From the NCBI RefSeq assembly GCF_004010195.1, contig NC_057751.1, positions 8,809,611-8,871,610 of the forward strand: a DNA stretch of 62,000 nucleotides, written 5' to 3'. The stretch is from Chiloscyllium plagiosum (lineage: Eukaryota). The notes beneath the pieces were generated by a model that was not told where the DNA came from, ran no database searches, and saw only the letters and a program-made list of their open reading frames with translations. The translations under genes were made by a program, and so were the position numbers. Below are positions 12,223-25,697 of the stretch, piece by piece; within the stretch, counting starts at the first letter, position 1; the number at the start of each line of letters is the position of its first letter.

Positions 12223-14710
12223 AATCTTACCCTGAGCAAAATTTAAAAATCCAATGTTACAATGAACAGCAAACTACCAACCACCACATGTATTTTTGTA
12301 GATACATAGGACAGCTCAATCATTATTCTGTCAGATCAGAGAAGATTCCTGCCCTCAAAGGCAAGCAGTAACTCCACGTGTCCACAAATATATTCTGAGT
12401 TCCATTCCTGAGAAGTGTCAACATCTGGGGAGATGAATTCAATCTCAAAACTATTTCAATTTTTTGGGGGAATTTAAGCTAATTATCGATTCAACTCTCA
12501 TCCAAAAATGTAACCAAGATGTACAGGTGCATTCCAGCAAAACCTTGCTTCACACAAAATTGCTTAATAGAAATAATGGAGCCTATGGGAAATGTAGGGT
12601 TGGGGTGCAGCAACTTGAAATATCGCTCTCAACCACCCCAAAATCACTCAAAGTCAAACACAAAGTACAGCACAGCCTGAATAAAGGTTGCAATCATGTT
12701 AACTGAACAAAACCAAATTTAACACAGTACATTTTATAAAAAAAGAGAAAGTTGCTTTCTGGACAGCATCTCTCACCGGAAACTGATCCGTTGGCAGTTG
12801 ACATCAGCACAAGCACACGCTAACGTGAGAACCGATCCTGCTGGAATCACGGCACTGCAAATGGAGCTAAGCGTTCTCGAACACAGTTCCTTAGCTCCTC
12901 AGCGACGCAAGTAAATCACACTGCTGGAATGTGCGTTCTCCAGGAACTGCCAAATGCTACATTGATTTTTTTCAAATTGGCTTCAGCTAACTCAGGAGTA
13001 AAGACTTGACTTGACAATCTATCCTATTTCAAAATATACCACTGACATACTTCAGTTTCCAGATAATCCAAGTGTCTGATACCTAAACCTATGTCACAAA
13101 GGAGATAGTAGCCCATAATAATTCTGCACATTTGTTAAAAAGCAAGCTTCTTAATAGTATGGGAAGTGAATTCTGCAGTCCATCATATTCTTCAACTATT
13201 GTTCAGATAACATTTGGCCATCTGATGCTGGTAGTACCTGAACAATCAAGATTATCACAACAGTCAAACCTATATTTAACAATGCTTGATTGCTCTTGCC
13301 TGTCTGATGTGAAACTATTTGGTTCCTGAAAGACATCAAAACTGATGATTTCAGATCCAGCCTTGGCCTGTAAACTGAAGTCCAAAAAAAGTGTCCACAA
13401 GTTCAGGGCTTTGAATAAAGAGTATTGCATTTTTTAAAAAACCCAAAGACCTCCAAAAGCAAACACATCAATCATATAGGTCACTGCTACCTGAGCCACC
13501 AACTTTAGTACACAGATTATCAGAAAACAATTGGCAATTCATTTTGGACTGTTCTGCTTCTCAGGCCTGTTCTGTTGCCATGTTAGTTAAAACTAGCATA
13601 AGGACCAGCATAAGGTGCATCATTATTTCTAACTCTTGAACTTGAGACACCATGGGCATATCATTGTGTTTCCATAGTTACTCACAATGGCAATCTCAAT
13701 TCAGATTCACGCTCAAAGCAGTTCATTCATAGCTCAATATTCTAAGCACAGCTTTATCTTACCCTTCCTGTGGGATTCAGAATCCCATCAAATTGACTGG
13801 AAACCAGCTTCATTAAACAATACAGTTACCAAGAGTTAAGTGAAGACACAAGCCTTACAACATGAGAGACCCTGGCCATGTGAAAGCGTTTTTTTTTAAA
13901 CCCTGTACTGTATCCTGTGTCACATCACTTCATTCAATGTTCAAATCTGATACCTCATCACTAAAACATTTCAGGACATAAGTACACGAAGCAACTGCTC
14001 ACACAAACTGATGAATGTCAAAATGGTACCCATTCTCCAATGAAGATTTTAGATTATAATTTTTAAAAATCTCAATGAAATATTTACAACCTTGATCAAC
14101 AGCCAACCTTTACAACAGCCACACCCATCAGCATTTTTAAGTGCAGACAAATGTATTGACAGAGATAATTTGCCAAAGCTGTATCAGACACACAAATGAA
14201 AAGCACACCTCCTGGTTCGGAATCATAATCCACTCAAATATGCTCCCTATGTTGCTGCAAAATCAGACTCAATTAAAACTTCATTTATGTCACGAATATT
14301 ATTCTGAATAAGTCCTCTCTTCACAATCCTGTTTGGAAGATATTACTTCACCCAAAACTTCTTGCATCATCCCAAAAAAATCCTAATTAATGCAATTTAA
14401 ATGCCAAATTCAACACAAAATTCATATTGGTCTTGAAACAGTGATTCCTCAAACAATTTTGCTCAAATGCTGTTTGATTTTTTTTTTACATGCACAAAGT
14501 TTATTATACGTTCACAGAGTAGCCACATCACTTGACACAAACACTTGCCAGTATTTATTAGTATGGAAATATGTGCAGTACATATACTTACTTTAATCGT
14601 TGCAAACATACATTAAAGGCAATAATGAATGGAGCCCTTTGCAGACCAGTCAAAATCAGATTGAAAATTTCAAAACAAATTTAATAATCAGAACTTAACT
14701 TGCATCTAGT

Positions 14711-15000
14711 ACTGTACCTACCTGCCAAGCTCCCTTCCCACCTATCCGCACCACCCCTCTGACCGATCATCTCCATCCCCACCCCCATTCACGTATTGTA
14801 CTCTTTGCAACCTTCTCCCCAGCTTCCCCCCAACCATTTATCTCTCCACCCTGGAGGCTTCCTGCCTCTATTCCTGAAGGGCTTTTGCCCGAAATGTCAA
14901 TTTCCCTGCTCCTCAGATGCTGCCTGACCCCTGCTGTGTTTTTTCAGCACCACTCTGATCTAAACTCATTTCCAGCATTTGCAGTCCTCACTTTTGCCTA
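14711..15000 (+). mobile_element. Penelope-like element 3' end (pLTR) with core-deleted hammerhead
   Basis: C-rich leader, then ttcctgaagggcttttgcccgaaatgtc (3 nt missing from the core) and the shared gatgctgcctgacc...ccagcatttgcagtcctcac tail. Confidence 0.75.
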
Positions 15001-15222
15001 CTTGACATAACTGTTAACAACTCAAATTTCGAACATAGAGAACAAATATCCCTGACCAATATCAGATGAAGAGAACTACCAGAGTGACAGAGTCATCCTC
15101 TTCTTGCAGCTGTGAAGATCACAGGCTTTGAACTTAAATCTCTCTGCCACTGGTCCTTCCAGAACTGGTGAGCCTTAGATCAGTAGTCCGGGAAAGGCTA
15201 ACATCAATTATACATCACAGGA

Positions 15223-15535
15223 GGCCATGGTCTATTATTACTGGACTGTTAATCCAAAGACCCAACTAATGTTCTGGTGCCCCAGGTTCAAACCCTGCCA
15301 CCGCAGTTGGTAGAATTTAAAATCTAGAAAAATCTCGAAATAAAAGTGTAATGATGACTATGAATCCATTGCCCATTGTCAGGAAAAACCCATATGGATC
15401 ATTAATGTCTTTTAGGGAAGGAAACTACCATGCTTACCTCGTCTGCCCTCCATGTGACTCCAGACCACAACAATGTGGTTGACTCGTGCAATTAAGGAAG
15501 GCCTGGCCAGTGACACCCTCATCATGAATTAAAAA
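15223..15535 (+). mobile_element. tRNA-derived SINE
   Basis: B-box-like ggttcaaaccc. Body (tttagggaaggaaa...catgtgactccagacc...aatgtggttgactc) is shared with 32910-33258. Confidence 0.75.
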
Positions 15536-15679
15536 TGAGAGATTAATATACATTTGGCTGATAATGAACTGCTTAGCATACACTTGCAAATGGAAAAGTG
15601 GGTTTGATCAACAGGAAAATTGTGTGATGAGGTTAGGAAAAAAAACTTGATAAATTCCATCCATGTCGCGAGTTGACTT

Positions 15680-16730
15680 CATTTTCTAACGTCTTTTGGT
15701 TAAGTGCCCAACAATGGGTGCATTGGTTATTAAGTTTGAAGCATAAAGGATAGAAAGTAATATACTGGATGAAATCATAATTGGCTCACTGTCAAAAAAC
15801 ACCAACTAAGAATCAATGGATCCTTTGGCAGGCTGTGACGAACAGCGGTACTGCAAAGGTCAGTTGTGGAGCCTAAGGTGCTCACAATGTAGACCACTAA
15901 TTTTCAATCAGGGATCCAATGTTACATTTCCAAATTTGCAGATGATACAAAACTAAGTGGGAACTCTTTCTCCCATATGGGATTTTGTCCAAGGCCTTGC
16001 TGAAATGGCAAGTACACCTTATTACCTGTGCTACCGTGATCTACACACCTGGTGACCCTCTCTGACAAAGGCATGAACTCTCTGATAAAGCCATCCTGAC
16101 TATTCATGATCAGACCTCACCTCTTCAAAAGGATATTAATTCTCCCCTTCAGAATTTTCTCCAAATAGTTTCCCACCACTGACGTCAAAGTCATTGGTCT
16201 GTAATTCCCAAGTTTATCTCTAACACACTTTTTCTAAAGTGCAACCTCATGACTTGTCCTGCAATCCCCTGGCAGCTGCACTGTTACCAGTGAGGAATCC
16301 TTATCTTGGCAAAGATTCTGATCTTTTCAGGGAAGTAAAATGAAGCTTCACTAGAACATTTCAGATCATGGTGGGACTGTCTTACCAAGAGACTAAGCAA
16401 ACTGGACCTGTATTCTCCAGAGTTTCCAAATGGTTGCATTGAAACTGAAAACATTTCAAGGGATAGCCTGGGTAGAGGTGGGTGGGTTGTTTCTGTGTGG
16501 GATCAGCACAGAATCAAGGAATCCAAGTTGATATCTAAAATGAGGAGACATGTTTTTGCTCAGAGGGTTGTGAACCTCAGGAATTTCTGACCACAGAGGC
16601 CTGTGGAAGATCAATCTGAGTAAGTTTGAGCAACAGTTTGACAGATTTCAGATGACTAGTGTCTTTCAGGATTATGGCCATCAGATTGAATAAACATCAT
16701 TCACGTATTTCATCAGCCATGATATAACGA
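15680..16730. mobile_element. Mosaic of old CR1 fragments in both orientations
   Basis: ISKFADDTKL on + near 15925, an inverted fragment at ~15970-16290, and a decayed 3' end on + at ~16370-16730. Confidence 0.6.
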
Positions 16731-17901
16731 ATTTCAGGTTCTTTGGCACAGTCCTGTTTCCAAGCTTAAGATCTAGTATCTTCCAACTCAGAGTTTATCA
16801 ATGGGTAACTGACACCAAGAGTTTGGCTCAATTTTGGCCACTCCTCTCAGATTTGTTGATATGCACAAACACAGATGCTACAAGTTCACATACGAGTCAC
16901 CATCATTAAAAACTGTACCACTGTCAGGTACAAGTCCGTAGCTCATTGGCAAGTAACATTCTACCATCATTCGTTGGCATTGCTTGCACAATGACGAATC
17001 ATCATGGAAATGATTTCAGGAAATCCCTGTAGTGTGAAAGCAGCACATTGCCTAGTTTATGTCTATCAGCCTTCCTCAAAAGTGTGACCCTCAATCCCCT
17101 CGCACCTCCCTGTGGTCAGCAAGGAATCCTTACCCTGGTCAAGAGGATGTGCAACTAAGTTTCACCAGAGCAATTCACTATGAGGATGCAGGACTTCTCC
17201 GACATCTATTAGCAGAACTCAGGAATGTTTCGGTTGCAATACTAATTGCTTACCACATGCAAAACAAAGCCTGCCGGCAACGCCATTTTTAAGTATTACA
17301 AATACCAACACATGAAATGCAAACAATGATATTGAAGCAGTTGTGCTTCACTACTGTGCACCATTTACTTAACCTGAAACCACATCCTCTTGTTAAGCCA
17401 TTCTAAGAACACTTAGCCTACATTTCAACTTGGGAAGAAAATCTTGAATTATACCTCTGGGGTCCTTTCCACAGTTTTAATTGCACACAGTACTCAATTA
17501 TAATATGTATGCAGCCTTGAGCTCAACTGAAAACATGGCTAAACAACATTGAATTGACAAGTGCTAAGAACACAGGCCATTTCATTCTCACCTATTTTAA
17601 AGCTTGCTGAGTGTAGAGAACTGAACTGACATTTCAAGTCTCAGAACTCTACGTTCAAGCAGACCAGCCTTTCCTGAAAAGCAACAACTTAGTACAACTA
17701 TTGAAACAACTGGTTGATCATGTAATATAGCCAGACCCTTCATAACAAGCTCCAGTAACAATGAGCTGTCCAGCACCAATCTTTCAGCAAAACACATTCA
17801 ACTGAAATCTGCTCAAAACCACAGACACATCATCAATACAATATATTAAAAGAATCCCCATGTGTTTAATCAGTGACTCACCAAAAACCAACATCCCATA
17901 C

Positions 17902-17989
17902 CTTGGTCATAGGATGCAGTTGACATCAACTGCAGGCCAGAGGAAGACGACTTAATTGACTGGGAGAAATTGCAGAGAAAGCATTTCAT
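17902..17989 (-). CDS. PPP2R2A: Candidate alternative first coding exon of the B55 gene (MKCFLCNFSQSIKSSSSGLQLMSTASYDQ+G), B-beta2-like
   Basis: ATG at 17989-17987 with A at -3, 29 open codons plus 1 nt, then CAAG|gtatgg donor in phase 1, which rebuilds G|CT=Ala with the 10045 exon. Starts with MKCF like the PPP2R2B B-beta2 exon. Lies in apparently repeat-free sequence. Confidence 0.6.
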
Positions 17990-18600
17990 TGTCCGCAGTA
18001 CGCAAGTATGTTTGTGGATTGTGATTTGTTTACACAACACCCCAAAACAAAAAGGATATCCAAGGCCATTCAATTCTTTTACACAGTTTCAATTAGCAGC
18101 CAGACTCAGTCCCTTGACCTGCAAAGGCAGAATGCATGAAGCATATGAACCAACAAAATAGCAGCCGTCTCCCTTTTTTCTTTTCTTGCCAAGCATGCTG
18201 TGTTTTTACAGTAATCCCTCAGCTGGAGGAGTGTCAAAAAGAAAGAAAAAAAAACAGCCAACCATGCTGTCAAGCATTTTTTCTTCACAACGCAGAATTC
18301 AGCTGTCTGCTTCTGCAACACCAGTCTTCAAACATAGAGCTGTTCAAATTCAACAATCAGCTTTCTTCGGATAATATGACAAACCAAATTCAAGAGAAAA
18401 CTCCTTTCTCGCAAAAAATTTATGGTTTTCTTTACACCATTTCACAAGTGTGAACCTTTGACAGACCTGATCAGTGGAAACAGGCATGAAGGCTGTGCTT
18501 TGCAAGGTTAACATGACGTCAGCTCTATTCCCAGACCTCAGTGACTCCCTGCATAGGCGTAATACTCCCATCTGCACCACTGTCAAAACTTGCTCATACC
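17990..18600 (-). promoter_or_regulatory. Putative 5'UTR/internal promoter for the candidate alternative first exon, with a perfect CRE (TGACGTCA) at 18514-18521
   Basis: No recognisable repeats in the block directly upstream of the candidate exon. Palindromic CRE seen directly; an AP-1 motif TGACTCA lies at 17874-17880. Function is inferred only. Confidence 0.3.
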
Positions 18601-18704
18601 TGGCTTGGATCAGACTTGCAAAAATGAAACCAAGTAGGTTGCATATTGTCTCATTTGACTTATGTTAGGTTTAACTGCATTTTGTGATTATTTCAGCTGC
18701 TCAT

Positions 18705-19329
18705 TGCTATGACAATACTCTCACGTTTTTTCCTCTTTTTTATGAAGAAAGGTTGAGACTGAGGTACAGAGCAGTCCGCTCCAAAGCTAATGCAGTAAAT
18801 AGTTTTTGAAGCTTGGGGGGTTTTTTCACCGAACTTGGAACACTAGAAGCAGCCTTAATGGGTGGGGTCAAACTCGCAGAATCAGAATTTTTAGTTTTAA
18901 CTTTCTGTAGTTGCTAGGGTCTTCAACTGGCTGTGGAAGCTCCTATTCCTCCCTCTGTCACAGCTAAACGTTGGGGTTCCCTTCGTGCTGCTAGAATTGC
19001 ATCCAAAAAAATCTGTTTCACGGAATTTGCCTTTGCCAAAGTATGTTGATGGGATGTTAGAATCTTTGAGCAGTTCATATTTTTTATGTCAGACAAGTAT
19101 CTCCCTTGCAATGTTATGAATCAAAATTAAAGTACATTATTTTGTTGAACATTCCAACATTGTTACATTCTTTCATTTTTCTTTTGTCCACATTTTAACT
19201 GTAATGTAAAAATGAAGTGTGTTTTGCTTAAATTGATAGCTTGATCAATCGGATTGCATCTGGAATTTAGTGCCTCGGCTATCTTCTTCCTACGTTTTGA
19301 GAGGATTTGGTCTGACCCATGTCATGGCA
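18705..19329. mobile_element. Solo LTR-like element, same family as 877-1636 (opposite orientation)
   Basis: Termini tgctatgaca...tgtcatggca (9/10 inverted, TG..CA). Shares tagaagcagcc and attgcatctggaat blocks with the reverse complement of 877-1636. No TSD seen. Confidence 0.55.
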
Positions 19330-20459
19330 AGGAAGATACTTGTATGACACCAAAAGTGTGTCAACTTCCTATCGTCTAATTAAAACTCAAGTTAATCTTG
19401 AAAAAAATTTTAAATTGGCTCATGATTACTGACTGCTCATTGATGTTTCAGAATTTCAAAGCCAATCCATTTTTTTTTTAGAAATTTGGTTCTGAACTAA
19501 AGCCACTGTTCTTGCCCTTCCCACCCACTTTCAGGACTTAGAAAATAAAGCCCAGTCCAAGCAATCACACCAAAACCTGCACACAAAGCAATGATACCAT
19601 CTTAATAAAAACCGAATACACAAGTTTATTGAGCTTTTCTGGCACATTGGTCGCATCACGATCTATGGCCACAAGATGTGGATTCAAGTCCCACAGGCCC
19701 CAGACATGATGCCACATGTCTAATGATTGATTTCAAGTCATGTCAAGCAGTGCTGCAAAGGAATGACCAACTCGCTGATGCACAGTTTGGGTATTGCCAC
19801 TCAGCTATGAGCCTCAGTACAACACACAGATTAATATTGTTGGAAAATATCACCACCTAAATGCACTCATTGAACTCTCAGACCATTGTGACTTGGAATT
19901 TGTTTGCTATTCCTTCATTCTTGCTGGATCAACATCCTGAAACTGACTTGAACTGTACAAGTCCCCAAACCTTCCCAACTTCAACAGTTCAAGATGACAG
20001 GTCACCACCTCCATTAATGCACACACAAGCAGCGAATTTACCATAGTCTAAATGTGAGTTGTCAATCATCTCACTACGTTCAAAGGTGTTTCTTTTTTAA
20101 AAACTGAAACATTGTCATTTTGTCAATCAAGTCAGCAAATAATTTTCTCCTGTCGAGGTCACAAACTGGAAAATGGGCAGTTAATGATTTCTTCCCTGAT
20201 CAGCAACCTATTTTGTGCAACCATCAAGTGTGCTTCTGAGTATGCATGTGCGGAAGTACTAATGTATTTTATGATTTGACCAAGTACACTAAGTCATGCA
20301 GGAATACAGGAAAGTGGCATGCAGACCATGAGCTGGTGCACAGATGATGGGCCAAATGGCTACCCTCCTATAGCCATCCTGTGAAATTAAGTGGGATGTC
20401 TTGTCTTCCATTCTTCCAATTCCTGATGATTCACATGATCAACTGAAATAATTGGACCC

Positions 20460-21030
20460 AAGTTTAACAGAAACATGGCTGCAGGGTGACATGGATTAGG
20501 ACCTGAATCTTGAAAAACAAAGGACATTTGAAGAAGGACAAGGAAGCTGGGATGATGGGGCAGCTCAGCTAAAGGGGGGAGTGGAGGGGGGGAAAGAGAG
20601 AAGAGTAGTTGAGCATTGCTTCTGAGGGGTGGTCAAAGTCATTACTTTTGAATTTGCTGGAACTTATCAGTCTGAGGTGATTTGCCTGAAACAGGTAAGA
20701 TCCCAAGGGGTCTTGACAGGTCATGTGAACAGGATACTTGCTCTTCGGGGACATTAAAGTACAAGAAGGTCTTTGTTTCAAACACAAAGGGGACACCCAT
20801 TTAAATTCAAGGCTTGCACTTTCTGCCCCCAGTCCTCAATCTTTGGAACTTCCTTCCTGATAAAGTACAAGAATGATTCTTGAATATTTCTGAAGACCAT
20901 GTTTTTATTAATCAAGAGGACAGTCAGGTATCAGTGGAAACTGGAAATATGAATTGAAGTGTACAATTGCATCAACCATAATCTTACTCAGAAGTGGAGC
21001 ATGCTCAAAGGGCTGAAGGGATTGCTGCCT
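20460..21030 (+). mobile_element. Highly decayed CR1 fragments
   Basis: acagaaacatggctgcagggtgac (TETWLQG, endonuclease region) and a decayed 3' end. Confidence 0.45.
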
Positions 21031-21249
21031 GTGCTCAGAACATTTCCTCTTTAAAACAAATCAAAAAATCAGTGCTTGTGAAACTAACACCTATTACATC
21101 ACGACTAATATATTTTACAATGATATACTGTTATTCTGTGACTATTATACATTGCACTTCCTGTGCTTTTTGACAATTATTCATGGTTTTCTTCACCCAA
21201 TACTTCCATGCTTTGCTCATTTCTGAAGGCATAAGCTTTTTCTGTGGGT

Positions 21250-21328
21250 TCCTGAAGAAGGGCTTATGCCCGAAACATCAATTCTCCTATTGACCTGCTG
21301 CGCTTTTCCAGCAACACATTTTCAGCTC
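21250..21328 (+). mobile_element. Penelope-derived mini-element beginning at a hammerhead motif, flanked by a 14-bp direct repeat
   Basis: tcctgaagaagggcttatgcccgaaacatc. ctttttctgtgggt occurs at 21236-21249 and 21329-21342. Confidence 0.8.
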
Positions 21329-22664
21329 CTTTTTCTGTGGGTGCTCTGGTATCTCAAGCAAATAGACATGAAATGCTGTGGTTGAAGTGAACATTTGCAG
21401 CACGGTAAGATGTCGAAGGCACACAGCTCACTTCCAGCAAATCAACATTTCAACTGTCTTGATTTTGCCTTTCCTGTCCCAAAGTTTTGACAAATATGGT
21501 GTCCAATAGCAGCCAACACATACAGTTTTATATCAAACCTTCTCAGTCATCACATTGCTGAATCTTGAATGGTGTTGATAAGGAAGAAGATTACAATCAC
21601 AACAAGGGTACTTTACCCTGCCACTCCCCATAAGAGGTGAAGAATAGTGAACAATAAATTCTAAATACGAGCAGCTCAAAGTGAATATACACAGAGGCTG
21701 ACAATAATCATTTTTCTTTTAATAGCAGACATGTTATTCCTGAATAAGGTGACGCCACAGCTTTTCAGAATCTGCTGAGTTTGAAAGGCCACAAAATATT
21801 TCTACGATAGTTACCAACTCTAACAGGAAGTGACTCAAAGATGACATGTCTATTCTGGTATAGAAATTGGTAGCATTTGATTTTCATTGTTGAGGGACAT
21901 TTGCACTCAATAACATATGGAATAATCATGAACTGCCACTCTGAAGTTCCACATGTAGTTTTGACATCAACAACTGCCAAATATTTATATTATCAGGGAG
22001 GATTGCCAATTTATCTGCAATAATGCTAGTGTGCAGCCAATCTGAACTGGAACTAATGGTCTTGAATGAAGAGAGTAGAAAGATTTATTGACATGGACAT
22101 TTTCATTGTATTATCTTCCTGTAAGTAATATGCAAGTTCAGACCTCAGACATTTAAATGGGTTCCATGAATTCATCACAAACTGGGGACAACAATTCAAC
22201 CCTGCCTTTCCAACCATTCGGGAATAAGCTCCTTTTCTAAAATATTTCAACACCCATACAGCAGCATAATCAAACTTCCTTACAGCAGCAGCAAAATCCA
22301 CAAATCACTTCATCTACAATGACAATAACTATCTCAACAAAGCATCATCTGCTGCTGTCATGAGCAAATTTATTTTGGACTTTGAGGATCAGCAGGCAAG
22401 ATACTACAAGGAAACTTTGGGACAAGCAGAGAGAGGGGAAAACAGATGAGGTTTAAAACATGTGGTGACCATCAATATACTTCAGCATTTGGCACCAACA
22501 TGATTGTTGATCTGAAAAACACCAATGACTCTCCATTAACCAAGCAGGTAAAATTCAAAAGCATTCAGGTCTGCCAGCACCTCAAAACAACCGACCTACC
22601 TCTTAAGGATTCTGCAGCACTTGCCTGCAACAGTCACATACATCAGTATCCTACCAAGTTCTTG

Positions 22665-23697
22665 TGAGAAGGTGTTCGACAAGTTAGTAAAAGTTAGATC
22701 TAACAGGATTCAGGGAGAGCTTACCAAATGGACCCAAAATAGACTTGACAGACAATGGAGGGTTGTTATTTTGGACTGGAGGCCTGTGACCAGCAATGCT
22801 CCACAGGAACTGGTGTTGGGTCCACTGTTGTTGGTCATTTATATAAGCAGTTGAACAAAAGTTTCAGAGGCATGGTTACAAAGTTTGCAGATGACACCAA
22901 AATTAGCAGCATAGTCAACAGTCAAGAAGGTTATCTTAGATTACGATGGGATCTTGATCAACTGGGCCAATGGGCTAATAAGTGGCAGATGGATAAACGT
23001 GAGGTATTGCATTTTGATCAAATGAGCAAGGGCACGACTTGCACACTTCATAAATGGTCATGGGTAGTTTTGACAGAGAGACCCCAGGATTCAGGTACAC
23101 AAATATTTCAAAGGTGCAGCACAGATAGAAAGGGTGATGAAGGCAGCATTTAGCACGCTTGTCTTCATTGCTCAGACCAATGAGCAGAGCAGTTGGAACA
23201 TCATGTTGTACCACATGCTGGTAAAGCCACTTTTGGAGTACTGTGTACATTTCTGGCCAGCTAGGATGTAACTGGGCCTGGAAGATTTTAGTAAAAAGAA
23301 GAGGTTTTGATCTGCTGATCTTTTTGGACTGGAGGAGTTTCAGGGGTGACCTTATTGAGATTTATAAAATCACGAGGGGGCAGAGATAAGGTGAACAACA
23401 AAGGTCTTTTCCCTGGGGCAGAGGAACTTTTAAACAATAGAGAGCATTTCTTTTTAAATGTGAGAGGATGAAGTTTTAATAGGGGCAACGTTTTCACACA
23501 AAGGGTCGCATCCATGTGGAATGAACTGCCACAGGACGTGGGAGATGCATCCAAAAGACATTTGGATAGATACACAAATAGGAAGGACTGAGAATGATAT
23601 GGGCCAAATACAGTTAAGTGGAGCTAGTTTATTTTGGGAAACTTGGTTGACATGGATGAAATGGAGTCTGTTTCCGTGCTGTATGATTCTATGACTA
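22665..23697 (+). mobile_element. CR1 LINE, 5'-truncated
   Basis: PQELVLGPLL, KFADDTKI, LRLRWDLDQLGQWANKWQM and a (ctatga)-type 3' terminus. Confidence 0.92.
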
Positions 23698-25503
23698 CAT
23701 TTCTGGCAGCCATCACCATCTATCTGCCCCCTCAAATTTCTTTTGGAATGATGCCATTAAAAGAAACACAGTAGTTGGCACTTAATGGCAAATCCCAGTA
23801 CATCTCAACTTCCTTTCTTGCAATGAATTTAGATATTAACTTGAGTGAGTTCACAATGGAAACCATCACTGACAGATTGTGATTCCTACCAAACTAAAAT
23901 CTGACGGCGCTGGGTTGGTGGGGTAGTGTTAGGTTCTTTTACTCTTGAGATTCTTACACACTTGATGCAATTGCAACACACCAACCTCTGTGAACAAGTA
24001 ACCAAATTTATTAAGCACAATACAATACAAGCTTTCTGGAGAAACCTTTAATACACACCTTGCAGAGCTTACGGGGTCGTGGCCAAAGTTCTTACTGAAG
24101 AAAACGGTCTTTCCTTTACACAAAGCTCTCAACATCACAGTACTGCCCACAAGACATCCCTCAGCCATCCCCTCATAGTCACATGCCACTCAAGATACAA
24201 TGCAGTGACCACCCCATCTCCAGAAACAATGTAATGCAAATCACCCCTTAATGGTAAAATCTGTTGCAAATTGTCTTTTTTTTAAAATAAGTACAGGGGA
24301 GTAATCAAATTCCAAGTGAAATGTTCTTGTTGTTTTCTGGATAAAAATGTAACCATCCCTGAATGGCAAGTAAATGGCCATGTAAACCTCCCACATACCA
24401 CCTATAAACCAAAGACACGCCATCTTACCCCCAGGGCATTCAATTTCATACAGGTCAGTACAGCAAATTAACTCTTTAATATCTCAGTTGCTTTCACTCG
24501 CCAAAAACTCATCAATAACTTCTAAAATATCAGCCCAATGGCACAGCTGATGAATAAGCGAACTAATGTAGTTTGCAAGTCAAAGATCCTGTCAACAACC
24601 ATGAGTTTGATCTAAGGTCAGAGATGCTCAATGACACAAAAATCTCAGGCTTGGTTAAGACAATGTAGAATAAGACATGAGACTGGACTCAAACACCAGG
24701 GTGCCCAGTCCTTACAGCAACCCAGCCACCGATCAGTCCTGTCACCTTCTTTTAAAGTACAGAACTGAGTTTGCCCAAAATGCTTTTTGACTGATACAGC
24801 AGCCAACATAATGCTCCAAACACCACTGCTCTCTTGTGCCTGGATATATCAAAAACTACTTGAGTTCTTCCTAGAGGGGATGAGCAACGTTAAACTGTTT
24901 TTCACGCAAGGTTGGCACCTCTGATCCAATGTGAAAAAAATGGTTTGTCTTTCTGACAGCTGCTCACACATCATCAAGGAATAGGATGTGATATGTGGGA
25001 AGATGAGAGCTGAGTAATAATTGCATGAGTGGGAGAGTGCAAGAGGCATTAAACATTCAGCATTCACTGGGCTATGTTCAAATTCTGGAGAACCATCTGT
25101 CCAATCAGCCCATGCTACCACTTCACTTAATTCCAATGTTGCCACTTAATTACAACAGGGGAAGCGACCTCATTCATGTGAATATGCTTTCAAGCTCTGC
25201 CATATGGATTGCTGGTATAATGCTTGGAACCGGTTATCACCCTGTACGTCAAACATCTGTTCACGATCACCTCACTGAGAAAGTGTTTAAGGTATGAGCA
25301 GGTAGGGAAAGAGTTAAGTTTAGGGCTGCTTGACAAAGGCTCAGCTAGCAAGACTTTGACTGGATAAGAACTTGCAGCAAACAGTGAGGTGCTGGAGGCA
25401 AGGGTAGTGGTTTAATGAGGTGAAGAACATCAGTTGTATAATGCCACATGGCTTAATCTTTACTGTTAATGCTCGCTGATTGTAATGGTCACCAATCAAT
25501 ACA

Positions 25504-25697
25504 GATGTTAAAAATCACAACACCAGGTTAAAGTCCAACAGGTTTAATTGGAAGCACTAGCTTTCGGAGCACTGTTCCTTCATCAGGTGGTTCAGCGCTC
25601 CAAAAGTTAGTGCTTCCAATTAAACCTGTTGGGAAGATAACCTGGTTTTAAGTGATTTTTAACTTGATACACGCCAGTCCAACACCGACACCTCCAT
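25504..25697. mobile_element. Palindromic Penelope-derived mini-element, second hammerhead family
   Basis: Inverted arms gttaaaaatcac..ccaacaggtttaattggaagcac / gtgcttccaattaaacctgttgg..gtgatttttaac. Direct repeat atcaataca at 25495-25503 and 25698-25706. Confidence 0.8.
25555..25589 (-). ncRNA. Minimal hammerhead ribozyme motif (near-intact), sense to the host pre-mRNA
   Basis: CAC-CUGAUGA-A-GGAACAGUGCUCC-GAAAG-CUA-GUG: stem I CAC/GUG, palindromic AGCU stem III, NUH = CUA, one mismatch in stem II. Confidence 0.7.
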
